A stretch of 64,000 bases of DNA from an uncultured Parachlamydiaceae bacterium. Its GTDB lineage: Bacteria; Chlamydiota; Chlamydiia; Chlamydiales; Parachlamydiaceae. A program made the translations under genes and the position numbers. Under the pieces are notes generated by a model, which saw only the letters and a list, made by a program, of their open reading frames with translations, ran no database searches and was not told the DNA's origin. The stretch covers positions 832,001 through 896,000 of the forward strand of contig CAVULX010000004.1 in the NCBI GenBank assembly GCA_963742415.1, in the 5' to 3' direction. Positions 8,931-18,980 of the stretch are shown here, piece by piece; positions within the stretch are counted from its first letter, which is position 1, and each line of letters begins with the position of its first letter.

Positions 8931-11003
8931 CTAGATTGTAAGGACGTCCGCATTCACAATTCCAACCGTATTGACAGGAATATCGGAAGCAATTTCATAC
9001 ACAGACAAAACAGGCAATCTCGGCAAACTTCTTTCTATAAGCCTCTTAAAATAAGGCCTTAATGTTGGAGCTGTCAAAAAAATGGGCTGTTTTCCCTTTT
9101 GCATAGCAGATTGCAGCAGACCTTTCGTCTGATCAATTATTTTATTTACAGTGATGGGATTAGCAACAATGGTTTTGCCTAGCTCATTTTTTTGAATACT
9201 TTCTAAAAGGAGCTGCTCCACTTTAGGATCCATCATAATAACGTGAATCGATTCATCTTTGCCTACGTATTGCTTTGAGATCGACCTTGCTAGTCCCTGA
9301 CGAACATATTCCGTCAGCACGTCGGGATCTGTAGACCCTGAACTTTGATCGGCAAGGATTTCAAGGATGGAAACAATGTCGCGGATAGAGACTCTCTCCC
9401 GCAACAAATTTTGCAATACCCGCAAAATGTGTCCAAAGCTCAGTTTTCCAGGAATAAGTTCTGAAATAACAGCAGGAGCGCGAATTTTTGCATTGTCAAT
9501 AAGCTTGGCTACTTCCTGACGGTTCAATAATTCATTCGCGTGTAATCGAATTACTTCCATCAAATGTGTCGCAAATACTGTCAAGGGATCCGCAACAATA
9601 TAGCCATTGTTCAAGGCTGACTCTTTTTGTGAATTTTTAATCCATAAGGCGGACAAACCAAACGCCGGATCTTTCGTAGCGATCCCGTTAATCAATTGTC
9701 TGACAGTTCCAGGATTCATCGCTAGGCAGCTATCAAGGTAAAGATCTCCACGGGCCACTTCGTCCCCTTTAATTTTGACGAGATAGGAATGGGGGTTTAA
9801 ATTTAAATTATCGTGAATTCGAATAGATGGTACAACGACACCTAGTTCCGAAGCGATTTGCTGTCGGATCACCCCGATCCTTTTCAATAAATTCCCCCCC
9901 CTTTCGCTTTTGACAAGAGGCGTCAAGGCGTGTCCAAGTTCGATCTCCATAGGATCTATAAACAAAATTTTATCCATCTCTTCCATCTTTTTTCCTTGAG
10001 TATCAGCTTTGTTATTTTCTTGCAAAGCAGAAGCTTCTGCTTCATGGCGAAGGGAGTAGGCGTAAAGGAATAAGGTAGCTGCAATAGGAAAAATGACCAA
10101 AAAGGGCATTCCAGGTACAAGTCCTAAAAGGATTAATGTTGCGGCCGTGATGTTTAAGACCTTGGGATTATTAAAAAGTTGCTTCCGAAAAGACTCTGCC
10201 AGATTTTCTTTTGTTGAGGAACGTGTGACAATGATTCCGGCAGCGACAGAAACCAGCAATGCGGGAATTTGGGTGACAAGGCCATCCCCGACTGTTAAGG
10301 TGATGTATACATTCACGACTTGGTCCCAGCTCATCCCTTTCATGATCATACCGACAATGAATCCACCAAAAGTGTTGACGAGGATAATGACAATACCTGC
10401 AATGGCATCTCCGCGGACAAATTTGGATGCTCCATCCATGGCTCCATAAAAATCAGCTTCTGTCATAATTTTGTCGCGTCTAGCTTTGGCTTCATCCTCA
10501 TCGATCAACCCAGCATTGACGTCGGCGTCGATAGCTAATTGTTTTCCGGGTAAAGAATCAAGAGTGAACCGCGCAGCAACTTCAGCGACACGGCCGGATC
10601 CTTTGGTAATGACGATAAAGTTAATTCCCGTCAAAAGCATAAAGATGACAAAACCTACAAAAGCATTTCCCCCTGTGACAACATCTCCAAAGGTTTTAAT
10701 GATATAACCTGCATGGGCTTCGGTTAAAATCATGCGGGTCGTTGCAATATTTAATCCAAGTCGAAACAATGTCAAAAATAACAGAAAAGAAGGGAACGAA
10801 TTAAAGGAGAGGGCATCTTCACTATACAATGTCACCAGAAGGGCCAAGACAGAAATGAGGATGCTGGTCGTGATTAAGGAATCGAGGGCGAAATCATTCA
10901 GCGGAATAATTAAAAGGAGTAAAATGAAAATGACCGCACAAGCGAGAATAAGATCGCTATACCGCTTTGCCAAACCGATTTTTTGCGCTATAGTTGCCAG
11001 CAT
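8931..11003 (-). CDS. flhA: Flagellar export gate protein FlhA (FHIPEP family)
   Basis: RVAEVAARFTLDSLPGKQLAIDAD, FYGAMDGASKFVRGD, GDGLVTQIPALL, VLQNLLRERVSIRD. Adjacency to flhF favours flagellar FlhA over injectisome SctV. Confidence 0.9.
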   Translation of the reverse strand: MLATIAQKIGLAKRYSDLILACAVIFILLLLIIPLNDFALDSLITTSILISVLALLVTLYSEDALSFNSFPSFLLFLTLFRLGLNIATTRMILTEAHAGYIIKTFGDVVTGGNAFVGFVIFMLLTGINFIVITKGSGRVAEVAARFTLDSLPGKQLAIDADVNAGLIDEDEAKARRDKIMTEADFYGAMDGASKFVRGDAIAGIVIILVNTFGGFIVGMIMKGMSWDQVVNVYITLTVGDGLVTQIPALLVSVAAGIIVTRSSTKENLAESFRKQLFNNPKVLNITAATLILLGLVPGMPFLVIFPIAATLFLYAYSLRHEAEASALQENNKADTQGKKMEEMDKILFIDPMEIELGHALTPLVKSERGGNLLKRIGVIRQQIASELGVVVPSIRIHDNLNLNPHSYLVKIKGDEVARGDLYLDSCLAMNPGTVRQLINGIATKDPAFGLSALWIKNSQKESALNNGYIVADPLTVFATHLMEVIRLHANELLNRQEVAKLIDNAKIRAPAVISELIPGKLSFGHILRVLQNLLRERVSIRDIVSILEILADQSSGSTDPDVLTEYVRQGLARSISKQYVGKDESIHVIMMDPKVEQLLLESIQKNELGKTIVANPITVNKIIDQTKGLLQSAMQKGKQPIFLTAPTLRPYFKRLIERSLPRLPVLSVYEIASDIPVNTVGIVNADVLTI

Positions 11004-11169
11004 TGTTTCACAAAAGTGATTTGAAAATGTTTAATCTCGAATATTAGAATTATAGTAAAAAATTTAAATTCTCAATATAAATTTGCTGCTAGAGGAGGTA
11101 AAGAATTGTGTTATAAATAATTTTCCCTTTTTTCTTGAATGTGATATGGAAAAAGTAAAAACCTGAACT

Positions 11170-11586
11170 TTGGTTCAGGTTAAAAGGGTGAAAAGTTTTA
11201 TATTTATGCAAAATTTCGTTAAAAAATTTGAACTGGTTGTGGATGCGCTGGAAAAGTTTGGTCCGGTCCCCTTTTTTGGCCTTTTTGAAAGAGTGGATTC
11301 TACTGAAAAATGGGATGTCATTATCGGAGCTCCATGGTTAGATCCAGATGCCAGTCCATCGTTCAAATTGATTAATCTGGTGATCCAAAGATTTGTAAAA
11401 ACGGGGAGCCCAGAGACATTAACCCGTGTTGTGATCCTAAGAGAAGATAATCCTTTAGAAAAGTTGCTTCAAAATACATGGACAGGGAAAGGGTTGTTCC
11501 AACTTAAAGATACGAAAATTTTGGCAGAAATCTTCCCTTTCAAAATTAAATCGGCCTATCTCCTTAGATGCACAAAAAAGGATTAA
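11170..11586 (+). CDS. Hypothetical protein inserted antisense between flhB and flhA (likely ATG start at 11206)
   Basis: Globular-looking ORF filling the gap, with AT-rich upstream region 11004-11170. Confidence 0.65.
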   Translation: MVQVKRVKSFIFMQNFVKKFELVVDALEKFGPVPFFGLFERVDSTEKWDVIIGAPWLDPDASPSFKLINLVIQRFVKTGSPETLTRVVILREDNPLEKLLQNTWTGKGLFQLKDTKILAEIFPFKIKSAYLLRCTKKD

Positions 11587-11600
11587 AGAGCTTCAAACCT

Positions 11601-12665
11601 TTATTCTGAAGGTTTGAGCCCCATTAGGATATTTGCAACGGCGTGGTAGTGGTCTGGAGAGATATAATTTCCGTTGTCAATCGCCAAAAATATCGATTGC
11701 GCAAGTGCTGAATTTTTAACAACGGGGATCCCATACTTCCGTGCGGCTTCAAGAATAGCCGCCCCTCGGCGGCGGCTTCCTTTGCAAATGCAGATTGGAG
11801 CCCGCATGATTTTGGGATCATAAGCAATCGCAACCGCAAATTTCATCTCGTCGGCAATAACAACATCAGCTTGAGGCATATCTGCAATGCGGCTGACCTC
11901 AGCATAATTTCTCATCATTGTTCGAATTTTTATTTTGAGGTTTTGATCCCCCTCTAGTTGCTTCAACTCATCTTTGACTTCTCTGCGGGTCATTTTCATC
12001 TCACGCATAAAGCGCCATTTTTGAAAAAAATAATCGAGGATTCCAACACCTAGATAAGCAATGGAACATGCTATCCCTTGTATCAACCCTTTTTGGTAAA
12101 TGAGGGCGGAAATTTCTTTTGGGGTGGCCTTTCCGTAACTAAATACAACAAGACCATCGATTGCAATGACAAACCAAGATATGATCACCACTGCTTGTAA
12201 ACGAGTCAATCCAAATACCATCCGCATCATGGCAGGCAGTCCAAAATTTTTTTCATAGTTTGAAGGGTCAAAGAAATTTAATTTTTTTAACTTAGGCTTA
12301 AGTGGATAGAGAGTGAATAGCAGCCCGGTTTGCACGACATTGAATAAAATTGCCATGAAGACGGTACCGAAAAGGAGCGGCAATAAGATTTTTATTAGTT
12401 CGTATAACCCGTGATTGATATACCATGAGATCAAACTTATTTCCGCGAACTGCAGATCCATATTGATTAAGATCTGGACAAACATAAGTTTAAGATTGTC
12501 CATCATATAAGGGCCGAAAAAGAAAAAAATTGCCACCCCTCCTAAAAGCATTAAAGCCATGATCAATTCGTTTGACTTGGCAACAAACCCTTTTTTGCGC
12601 GCATCAGCTAACTTTTTAGGGGTTGGCTCTTCGGTTTTGCTGTGAAAATCTTCTGCCATAATCAC
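11601..12665 (-). CDS. flhB: FlhB/SctU-family export switch protein lacking NPTH
   Basis: KTEEPTPKKLADARKKG N-terminus, four TM segments, MKMTRREVKDELKQLEGD, ADVVI..FAVAIAYD...AP...KG. Confidence 0.88.
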   Translation of the reverse strand: MIMAEDFHSKTEEPTPKKLADARKKGFVAKSNELIMALMLLGGVAIFFFFGPYMMDNLKLMFVQILINMDLQFAEISLISWYINHGLYELIKILLPLLFGTVFMAILFNVVQTGLLFTLYPLKPKLKKLNFFDPSNYEKNFGLPAMMRMVFGLTRLQAVVIISWFVIAIDGLVVFSYGKATPKEISALIYQKGLIQGIACSIAYLGVGILDYFFQKWRFMREMKMTRREVKDELKQLEGDQNLKIKIRTMMRNYAEVSRIADMPQADVVIADEMKFAVAIAYDPKIMRAPICICKGSRRRGAAILEAARKYGIPVVKNSALAQSIFLAIDNGNYISPDHYHAVANILMGLKPSE

Positions 12666-12758
12666 CTTGTGCTTGCCAGATTTTACCTCATAACATTAAA
12701 CTTATGCATAAGTGAACCCAAAAATTATTGCTTAAATTTATTTTAGGACAAAATTTAA

Positions 12759-13244
12759 ATGGTAACGCCAACTACAAAAGAACCTGAAAAAAAAATATGG
12801 TTGTTAACAGATAATGCTATTGTTGTTGCCGTTTGGAACGGCAGTAAAATTTCCCTCTATGAAAATGCAGCCCCAATTACTGTATTTGTTGTTGTTGGGG
12901 TTGCTGCCAAAGTTTTTTTCTTTTCTTGGATGACTTTTCCCTTCTTCACTTTGGCAGCTTCTGTCTTTGCTGCTCGTTTTATCATAGAAATAGGAAAAAA
13001 AATCGGAGAAGAACTTCTCAATGAAATTCTGCAACCCGTCGAAAAAATAGATTTAACGTATCCCTATCTGTACAAAATTGGGGTGGTTTTTTCCGTCTCT
13101 ATGGGATTCTTGTTTCCCCTTTGTAGTTTTGTTTTATCCGTGTTCACAGGCAGCTATATCGCCATCCGAACTAATGCAAGAGGAATGATTAGCGATAATC
13201 TAAGCTCGAATAAAGATAATAGAGAAAATTTGAAAAACTTGTAA
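12759..13244 (+). CDS. Hypothetical membrane protein with two hydrophobic hairpins
   Basis: Two long bilobed hydrophobic segments. Confidence 0.6.
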   Translation: MVTPTTKEPEKKIWLLTDNAIVVAVWNGSKISLYENAAPITVFVVVGVAAKVFFFSWMTFPFFTLAASVFAARFIIEIGKKIGEELLNEILQPVEKIDLTYPYLYKIGVVFSVSMGFLFPLCSFVLSVFTGSYIAIRTNARGMISDNLSSNKDNRENLKNL

Positions 13245-13264
13245 TCAAGTACTTTTTCATTAAT

Positions 13265-13879
13265 ATGGGATCTATCTTTCCGATCGCCTTGACTTTCTTT
13301 TTGGTGACAAATCCCATCGGAAATTCACCTACAATCCTAGCTCTGCTGAAAGATTTCGATTTCCCTGCACAGAAGCGGATTATGCTTAGGGAAGGGTTTA
13401 TTGCTTTGCTGATTGCCCTTTTTTTCCAGTATTTAGGAGAACACTTCCTCTCCCTTCTAAGCATCAAAAATTTTGCCGTGACTTTATGTGGAGCTATTCT
13501 TTTGTTTATCGTGGCGCTTCATATGATTTTTTCTCTTTCAGAACCGCCTGAAACTGCTTCTTTAAAGCAAGAACCTTTCATCGTTCCCATTGCCACACCG
13601 TTGTTGTCAGGCCCAGGGCTGTTGACGATTATTATGCTAAAATCCCACCTCGAACAAAGTAACCTTCATATTACTTTGTCGATCCTCCTCGCCTGGGTAG
13701 GCGTCATTGGTATCATGGCAGTCGCACCCTACTTGCAAAAGTTGTTCGGCAAACGGGGCATGCTGGCTTTGGAACAATTAATGGGATTAGTTCTTATCAT
13801 GATCGCTATTGAAATGTTTGTAGCAGGGGCAAATTTATTTTTAGATCAATTGAACACCCCTTTTAACGGAGGAAGTTAA
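13265..13879 (+). CDS. MarC-family integral membrane protein
   Basis: FFLVTNPIGN, IVPIATPLLSGPG, EQLMGLVL. Confidence 0.9.
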   Translation: MGSIFPIALTFFLVTNPIGNSPTILALLKDFDFPAQKRIMLREGFIALLIALFFQYLGEHFLSLLSIKNFAVTLCGAILLFIVALHMIFSLSEPPETASLKQEPFIVPIATPLLSGPGLLTIIMLKSHLEQSNLHITLSILLAWVGVIGIMAVAPYLQKLFGKRGMLALEQLMGLVLIMIAIEMFVAGANLFLDQLNTPFNGGS

Positions 13880-13883
13880 AAGA

Positions 13884-14480
13884 ATGAGTGAACCTACACT
13901 GCTTAATGTCATTCTTACTCTCTTTTTAATTATGGATCCCGTTGGGCATACGTCTGCCTTTTTATCCCTCACGAAAGGGATTAAAGCTAAAAGAGTTAAA
14001 ACGATTGTTCTCCGAGAAATGGGGATCGCTTTAGTTTTAATGCTCATTTTTAATTATTTAGGGGAATATATTTTTACCTTCTTAGAGTTGAATCAAGAAG
14101 CGGTCCATTTTGCAGCAGGCATTGTTTTATTTTTAACGGCCATCAAGGTTCTATTTCCGGGACCTTCCAATCAGATCCACTTGCCTGAGGGGGAACCGTT
14201 CCTCGTTCCCATTGCGATCCCCTGGATCGCGGGTCCCTCCTTGTTGGCCACAATTATGCTTTATGCTCACATGGAAACATGCCAGCCGCTGATGCTGACA
14301 GCAATCCTTATTGCTTGGATAGCCGCTTCTACCTTTCTCATCTTAGCCCCGTGGACGCATCGCTTGTTAGGAAAAAATGGATTGTCAGCCTGTGAAAGGC
14401 TATTTGCTATGGTCCTCGTCATGATCGCCATCCAAAGATTCATGGAAGGCCTTATCCTCTTTATTCAAGCAAGACCTTAA
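13884..14480 (+). CDS. MarC-family integral membrane protein (tandem paralogue)
   Basis: LFLIMDPVG, LVPIAIPWIAGPS, ERLFAMVL. Confidence 0.9.
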   Translation: MSEPTLLNVILTLFLIMDPVGHTSAFLSLTKGIKAKRVKTIVLREMGIALVLMLIFNYLGEYIFTFLELNQEAVHFAAGIVLFLTAIKVLFPGPSNQIHLPEGEPFLVPIAIPWIAGPSLLATIMLYAHMETCQPLMLTAILIAWIAASTFLILAPWTHRLLGKNGLSACERLFAMVLVMIAIQRFMEGLILFIQARP

Positions 14481-14488
14481 AGCTTCCG

Positions 14489-15247
14489 ATGCAAAACATT
14501 AAAATGACCTTAGCCTATGATGGCAGAGCCTACTTGGGTTGGCAAAAAACTAAAGAAGGTGCAAGCATCGAAGAGACCCTGCAAAAGGTGTTGGAAACAA
14601 TCCTGCAGGAACAGATAGCCCTTCAGGCAGCCAGTCGAACCGATTCCGGCGTCCATGCTAATGGGCAAGTGGTCAATTTTATGATTTCCAAGCAAAGCTT
14701 AGATTTCAGGAGGCTGGCCATTAGTCTAAACAACCTCCTGCCCCCCGATATTGCGATCATAAAAATAGAGCTTGCACATCCCCATTTCCACCCCACCCTC
14801 GATTGCACCTCGAAAGAATACCATTATTGGGTTTGCTTTAGCTCCTATCAACTCCCCTTTCATCGTCAGTATTCCTGGCATATTCATCACTCTTTGGATT
14901 TTGACCAGATGAACCATGCAGCTGCCCGATTAATTGGCGAACACGACTTTTCTGCTTTTAGCAATGCCAAAAAGAATGAATGTTATGCCAGCACTGTCCG
15001 CACAATAAATGAAATCAAAATAGGGGAACATCCGGAACAAAGAGCCCAATTTATCATCAGGGGTCCCCAATTTCTCTACAAAATGGCCCGAAATATCGTT
15101 GGCACATTGATAGAGGTAGGGAAAGGCAAAATCCCCGCAGAAAAAATTATTTCCATTTTAAAAGGGGGCGATAGAACATCTGCTGGAGTAACGGCTCCGG
15201 CACATGGATTAACTTTACACCAAGTTTTTTTTGATCAGCAATCTTAG
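14489..15247 (+). CDS. truA: tRNA pseudouridine(38-40) synthase TruA
   Basis: YDGRAYLGWQ, ASRTDSGVHANGQV, FLYKMARNIVG, TAPAHGL. Confidence 0.95.
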   Translation: MQNIKMTLAYDGRAYLGWQKTKEGASIEETLQKVLETILQEQIALQAASRTDSGVHANGQVVNFMISKQSLDFRRLAISLNNLLPPDIAIIKIELAHPHFHPTLDCTSKEYHYWVCFSSYQLPFHRQYSWHIHHSLDFDQMNHAAARLIGEHDFSAFSNAKKNECYASTVRTINEIKIGEHPEQRAQFIIRGPQFLYKMARNIVGTLIEVGKGKIPAEKIISILKGGDRTSAGVTAPAHGLTLHQVFFDQQS

Positions 15248-15255
15248 AGGGTGCA

Positions 15256-15663
15256 CTAAATAACCTCAAAAAAGCGGGCTAAAAACCAAGCTGAAGCCAG
15301 AATCATCACAAAAACGCCTAGCCATAAAGCATTTGGCAGCCATTTAATCCCAGCACCTGGATTTCCACGGATCTCCAAAGTCCCGATCCCGTAAGAAAAT
15401 TCTTGTGTTCCGGGACGGGAAAAAATATCTGGATGTTCTTTAACGATTTTTTCTCCGTCAATCCCTAAAAAAGAAGCATATTGAGTCACGAAGCCTTGGG
15501 CATAAATAGGGGAAATCAGTTTCTTCATTTCCCCGTCTTCGATGGCCTGAAGATAGGCAATGCGGATAGATGTTCCGTTTTCTACCTCTTTCAAAGAGAG
15601 ATTTAATTCCTTGCGACGGATTTTAAAAATATCCCCCACACCTTTTGCATCGATTTTGCCCAT
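15256..15663 (-). CDS. Short RodZ-like HTH protein with C-terminal TM
   Basis: HTH signature LSLKEVE..TSIRIAYLQAIEDG...YAQGFV..YASFLG, then one TM helix; divergent from rnhC as in Chlamydia. Confidence 0.8.
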   Translation of the reverse strand: MGKIDAKGVGDIFKIRRKELNLSLKEVENGTSIRIAYLQAIEDGEMKKLISPIYAQGFVTQYASFLGIDGEKIVKEHPDIFSRPGTQEFSYGIGTLEIRGNPGAGIKWLPNALWLGVFVMILASAWFLARFFEVI

Positions 15664-15805
15664 AAGAGCTCCTGTAATACCGCGATCTATTTGTTGATGA
15701 GATTATAGCTCAATTCTTTTCAAGCTGCAAGCCTTAAGGTTTTATGAAGAGTAGGGCAACTTAGATGTTGCGATTTACTTTTCCCCTTTTTATGATCTTA
15801 ATCCT

Positions 15806-16723
15806 ATGAGCAATAAACCTTCATCTTTTGTTACAACAGTGGATGTATCCGTGGGAAGCAAGCTTCGTTCCGATTTGGAACAGCAAGGATTTGAAATTTC
15901 CAATCCTCCACATACTCTGTTTTCAGCTAAATCCAAAGGAGTATCATGCACCCTCTATCAATCGGGAAAGCTTGTGGTGCAAGGAAAAAATATGGATTCT
16001 TTCATTGAATTTTACCTTGAACCTGAAATCCTTCAGGCTTTTACGTATGGTTATGAAATGGAGATGACCGATCAAACGCCCCACATAGGCATCGATGAGT
16101 CGGGAAAAGGGGATTTTTTTGGTCCGCTGTGCATTGCGGGAGTTTATGCCGAGGGGAATCAGTTTGCCAAATTGAAGGAGATTGGCGTTAAAGATTCTAA
16201 GGCAATGACTGATGCAACGATTTTTAAAGTTGCAGATAAAATCAAAGGTATCTGCGCTTATCACATTGTCAAGATCAATCCGGAAAAATACAACGAACTC
16301 TATGCGCAATTTAAAAATCTGAATCGCTTACTTGCTTGGGGACACGCCACCACTATCGAACATCTTGTCAAAAAAACTCAATGCCTTACGGTCATCATTG
16401 ACCAATTTGCCAATGAGCATGTTGTCCTAACAGCTCTAAAACGAAAAAATTTAGAGGTTGCCCTCACACAACGACATCGCGCAGAAGAAGATTTAGTTGT
16501 TGCCGCAGCTTCCATCCTCGCCAGAGAAACATTCCTTCATGGACTCAACCAACTCAGTGATAAATATGGCATCAAATTGCCCAAAGGGGCCTCCTCTGCC
16601 GTAATAAAAGCTGGAAAAGAGATAGTCCGCAAACATGGCCAAGGAGTTCTGAATCTAACGGCAAAGCTCCATTTTAAAACCCTTGACGCAATTATTGAGA
16701 AATCAGAAAATTTGCACGATTGA
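15806..16723 (+). CDS. rnhC: Ribonuclease HIII
   Basis: N-terminal TBP-like domain (TLYQSGKLVVQG), IGIDESGKGDFFGP, VKDSK, VAAASILAR, KLHFKT. Confidence 0.95.
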   Translation: MSNKPSSFVTTVDVSVGSKLRSDLEQQGFEISNPPHTLFSAKSKGVSCTLYQSGKLVVQGKNMDSFIEFYLEPEILQAFTYGYEMEMTDQTPHIGIDESGKGDFFGPLCIAGVYAEGNQFAKLKEIGVKDSKAMTDATIFKVADKIKGICAYHIVKINPEKYNELYAQFKNLNRLLAWGHATTIEHLVKKTQCLTVIIDQFANEHVVLTALKRKNLEVALTQRHRAEEDLVVAAASILARETFLHGLNQLSDKYGIKLPKGASSAVIKAGKEIVRKHGQGVLNLTAKLHFKTLDAIIEKSENLHD

Positions 16724-16731
16724 TCTAAAAC

Positions 16732-17199
16732 TTGTGCAAAGGAGAGGTAAGGGGTGTGAATAATCGGTTATTACTTAACTTAACTTTAGTTGTCGTAGGA
16801 TGCATGGCGATCATTTTGATCATGAACCTATCCCGAATTTTCGTCGAACCTTTAAGAGAAAAATATCTGCGATACAATGATGTGCGAGGGAGCGCAATAG
16901 AACACAAATCTCTTTTGTACACATTCAATTTCGAACAGCAAAATGAACTAATTAAGAATCTTAATCACGCTTTGCCTATAACGAAAAATAGCTTAAACCC
17001 CTCCTCCCCTGCTTCACTAGACTTTTCAAAACTTATCATTTACCGCTTTAAAGCTCCCGATTTAATCCTCACCCCCATCGCATATGACGAGCATGAGAAT
17101 CTCATTTTTTCTCTGCCCGAATGGAATCCTGACGATTACCTCCAAGAGATCAGCCAAGGGGCCATGAAAGAATTAATCTCCACAACCTACGACAAATAA
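16732..17199 (+). CDS. Hypothetical protein with N-terminal membrane anchor
   Basis: Single hydrophobic helix; abuts the recN start. Confidence 0.65.
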   Translation: MCKGEVRGVNNRLLLNLTLVVVGCMAIILIMNLSRIFVEPLREKYLRYNDVRGSAIEHKSLLYTFNFEQQNELIKNLNHALPITKNSLNPSSPASLDFSKLIIYRFKAPDLILTPIAYDEHENLIFSLPEWNPDDYLQEISQGAMKELISTTYDK

Positions 17200-18810
17200 A
17201 TGTTAAAACAACTGAGCATCAAAAACATTATTTTGATCGAAGAAGCAGTGATAGAATTCCACCCCGGTATGAATGTTTTGTCAGGTGAAACAGGCGCTGG
17301 CAAATCAGCCATCATAGGAGCCCTAAGTCTTATTGCCGGAGAGCGGAGCCAAATCGATATGATCCGTAAAGGGTACGATAAAGGGGTCGTCGAGGCTATT
17401 TTTGAGCTTGATCATCAAAGCGGCCTTACGGAGCTTCTGCAGAAAGCAGGAATCGAACAAGATGAAACTTGCGAACTCATCATCCGGCGTGAAATCTCCA
17501 TTGCTGGTAAAAATCGGATCTATATAAACCATCAATTGGCCCAATTAACCCTTCTGAAGCAGGCCGGTGAATTCCTATTTGAACTTGTAGGGCAGCATGC
17601 GAATCAACAGTTGTTTTCTATCGAAAACCATCGAAAAATCGTCGATGCCTTTGGCGACCTCACAGACGACGTAAATAATTTTTCCAAACAGTATAAAACC
17701 CTTGCCGCCCTAAAAGAGGAGCTTGAATTACTTCTTAATGGGGAAGGGCAGCGCCTCAGGGAAATTGAAAGATCCCGAATGGAGTTGGAACAATTTCAAG
17801 AAATCAATTTCCAAGAAGGAGAAGAGGAACAACTATTTTCCGAATACAAAATATTAGCCCACGCGGATGAATTAAACCAAAGAGTTAGCGAAATAAAATC
17901 AGCGTTGAATGGGGAAAAAGCGGGAGCCCTCCCCCTCCTCCAAAAAGTCAGGTTCAGCTGGGAAAATCTGATCAAGATCGACCCTGCCTTGACAGAAATG
18001 TCCACTTCTTTTCAGAATGCTCTAATTGAACTGCAAGAAATCTCTTATAGTCTAGACAGATATCAAGACCATATCGACTCCGATCCGGCAAGAATGTCGG
18101 AAATAGACCAACGCTTAGGTTCTATAAACAAGTTCAAAAGAAAATATGGGACAACTCTCACAGAAATCACAACCTATTTTAAGAATGTCGAACAAAAGTT
18201 GATTCAATTAGAAAGCGCGGACGAACGGATCGAACAACTTCGGGCATCTGTTGCAGAATTAGAAGAAAAAAATAAAGCTCTAGCAAATCAACTGACAACT
18301 CGCCGCAAAAAAATAGCCAAGTCTCTGGAGAAGGCCGTCACCAACCATTTGCATGACCTCAATATGCCCAAGGCAGAATTTTTTATTGAGATCTCCCCTC
18401 AAGCATGTTCCAGCACAGGAGAAGACAAAGTCGAATTTCACCTTCTTCCGAATGTAGGAGAAAAGCACATTCCCCTCAAAAGCTGTGCCAGTGGAGGGGA
18501 ATTGTCCCGCATCTTACTCGCCTTGAAGGTCTTGCTATCCAGCAAAGCGCTTATCCCGACTCTGGTGTTTGATGAAATTGATGCCAATATTGGAGGCGCC
18601 ACCGCCCATGTGATCGGGGAAAAATTAAAAGAAATCGGCCAGGAGCATCAGGTTTTATGCGTTACCCATTTTCCACAAGTCGCAAAGCACGCCGATCATC
18701 ATCTTCAAATTTCCAAAATGGAAACGCAAGGACGTACCTTGACAACCATTACAACCTTAAATGAAGAAACCAGAGATTTGGAATTAGCCCGTATGCAGGG
18801 GATTGTATAA
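17200..18810 (+). CDS. recN: DNA repair protein RecN
   Basis: GETGAGKS, coiled coil, ASGGELSR, FDEIDANIGG, VTHFPQVA. Confidence 0.95.
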   Translation: MLKQLSIKNIILIEEAVIEFHPGMNVLSGETGAGKSAIIGALSLIAGERSQIDMIRKGYDKGVVEAIFELDHQSGLTELLQKAGIEQDETCELIIRREISIAGKNRIYINHQLAQLTLLKQAGEFLFELVGQHANQQLFSIENHRKIVDAFGDLTDDVNNFSKQYKTLAALKEELELLLNGEGQRLREIERSRMELEQFQEINFQEGEEEQLFSEYKILAHADELNQRVSEIKSALNGEKAGALPLLQKVRFSWENLIKIDPALTEMSTSFQNALIELQEISYSLDRYQDHIDSDPARMSEIDQRLGSINKFKRKYGTTLTEITTYFKNVEQKLIQLESADERIEQLRASVAELEEKNKALANQLTTRRKKIAKSLEKAVTNHLHDLNMPKAEFFIEISPQACSSTGEDKVEFHLLPNVGEKHIPLKSCASGGELSRILLALKVLLSSKALIPTLVFDEIDANIGGATAHVIGEKLKEIGQEHQVLCVTHFPQVAKHADHHLQISKMETQGRTLTTITTLNEETRDLELARMQGIV

Positions 18811-18840
18811 AACTTGCCTCTACCTATGCACTTGCCCGAC

Positions 18841-18884
18841 TTTTCACCACAGAGACACTGAGATCACTGGCTCTGTAGTGAAAA
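18841..18884. repeat. Short hairpin copy of the 9-nt-periodic repeat family
   Basis: TTTTCACCACAGAGACACTGAGATCACTGGCTCTGTAGTGAAAA, 30 bp after the recN stop. Confidence 0.8.
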
Positions 18885-18980
18885 TTTGAAAAATTTATAT
18901 CCCTATTGACGACAATCTCCGGTTCCGCTAAAACTTTGTGAAGTATTAAACATTATTTTTTAACGCATGGAGAGGATACT

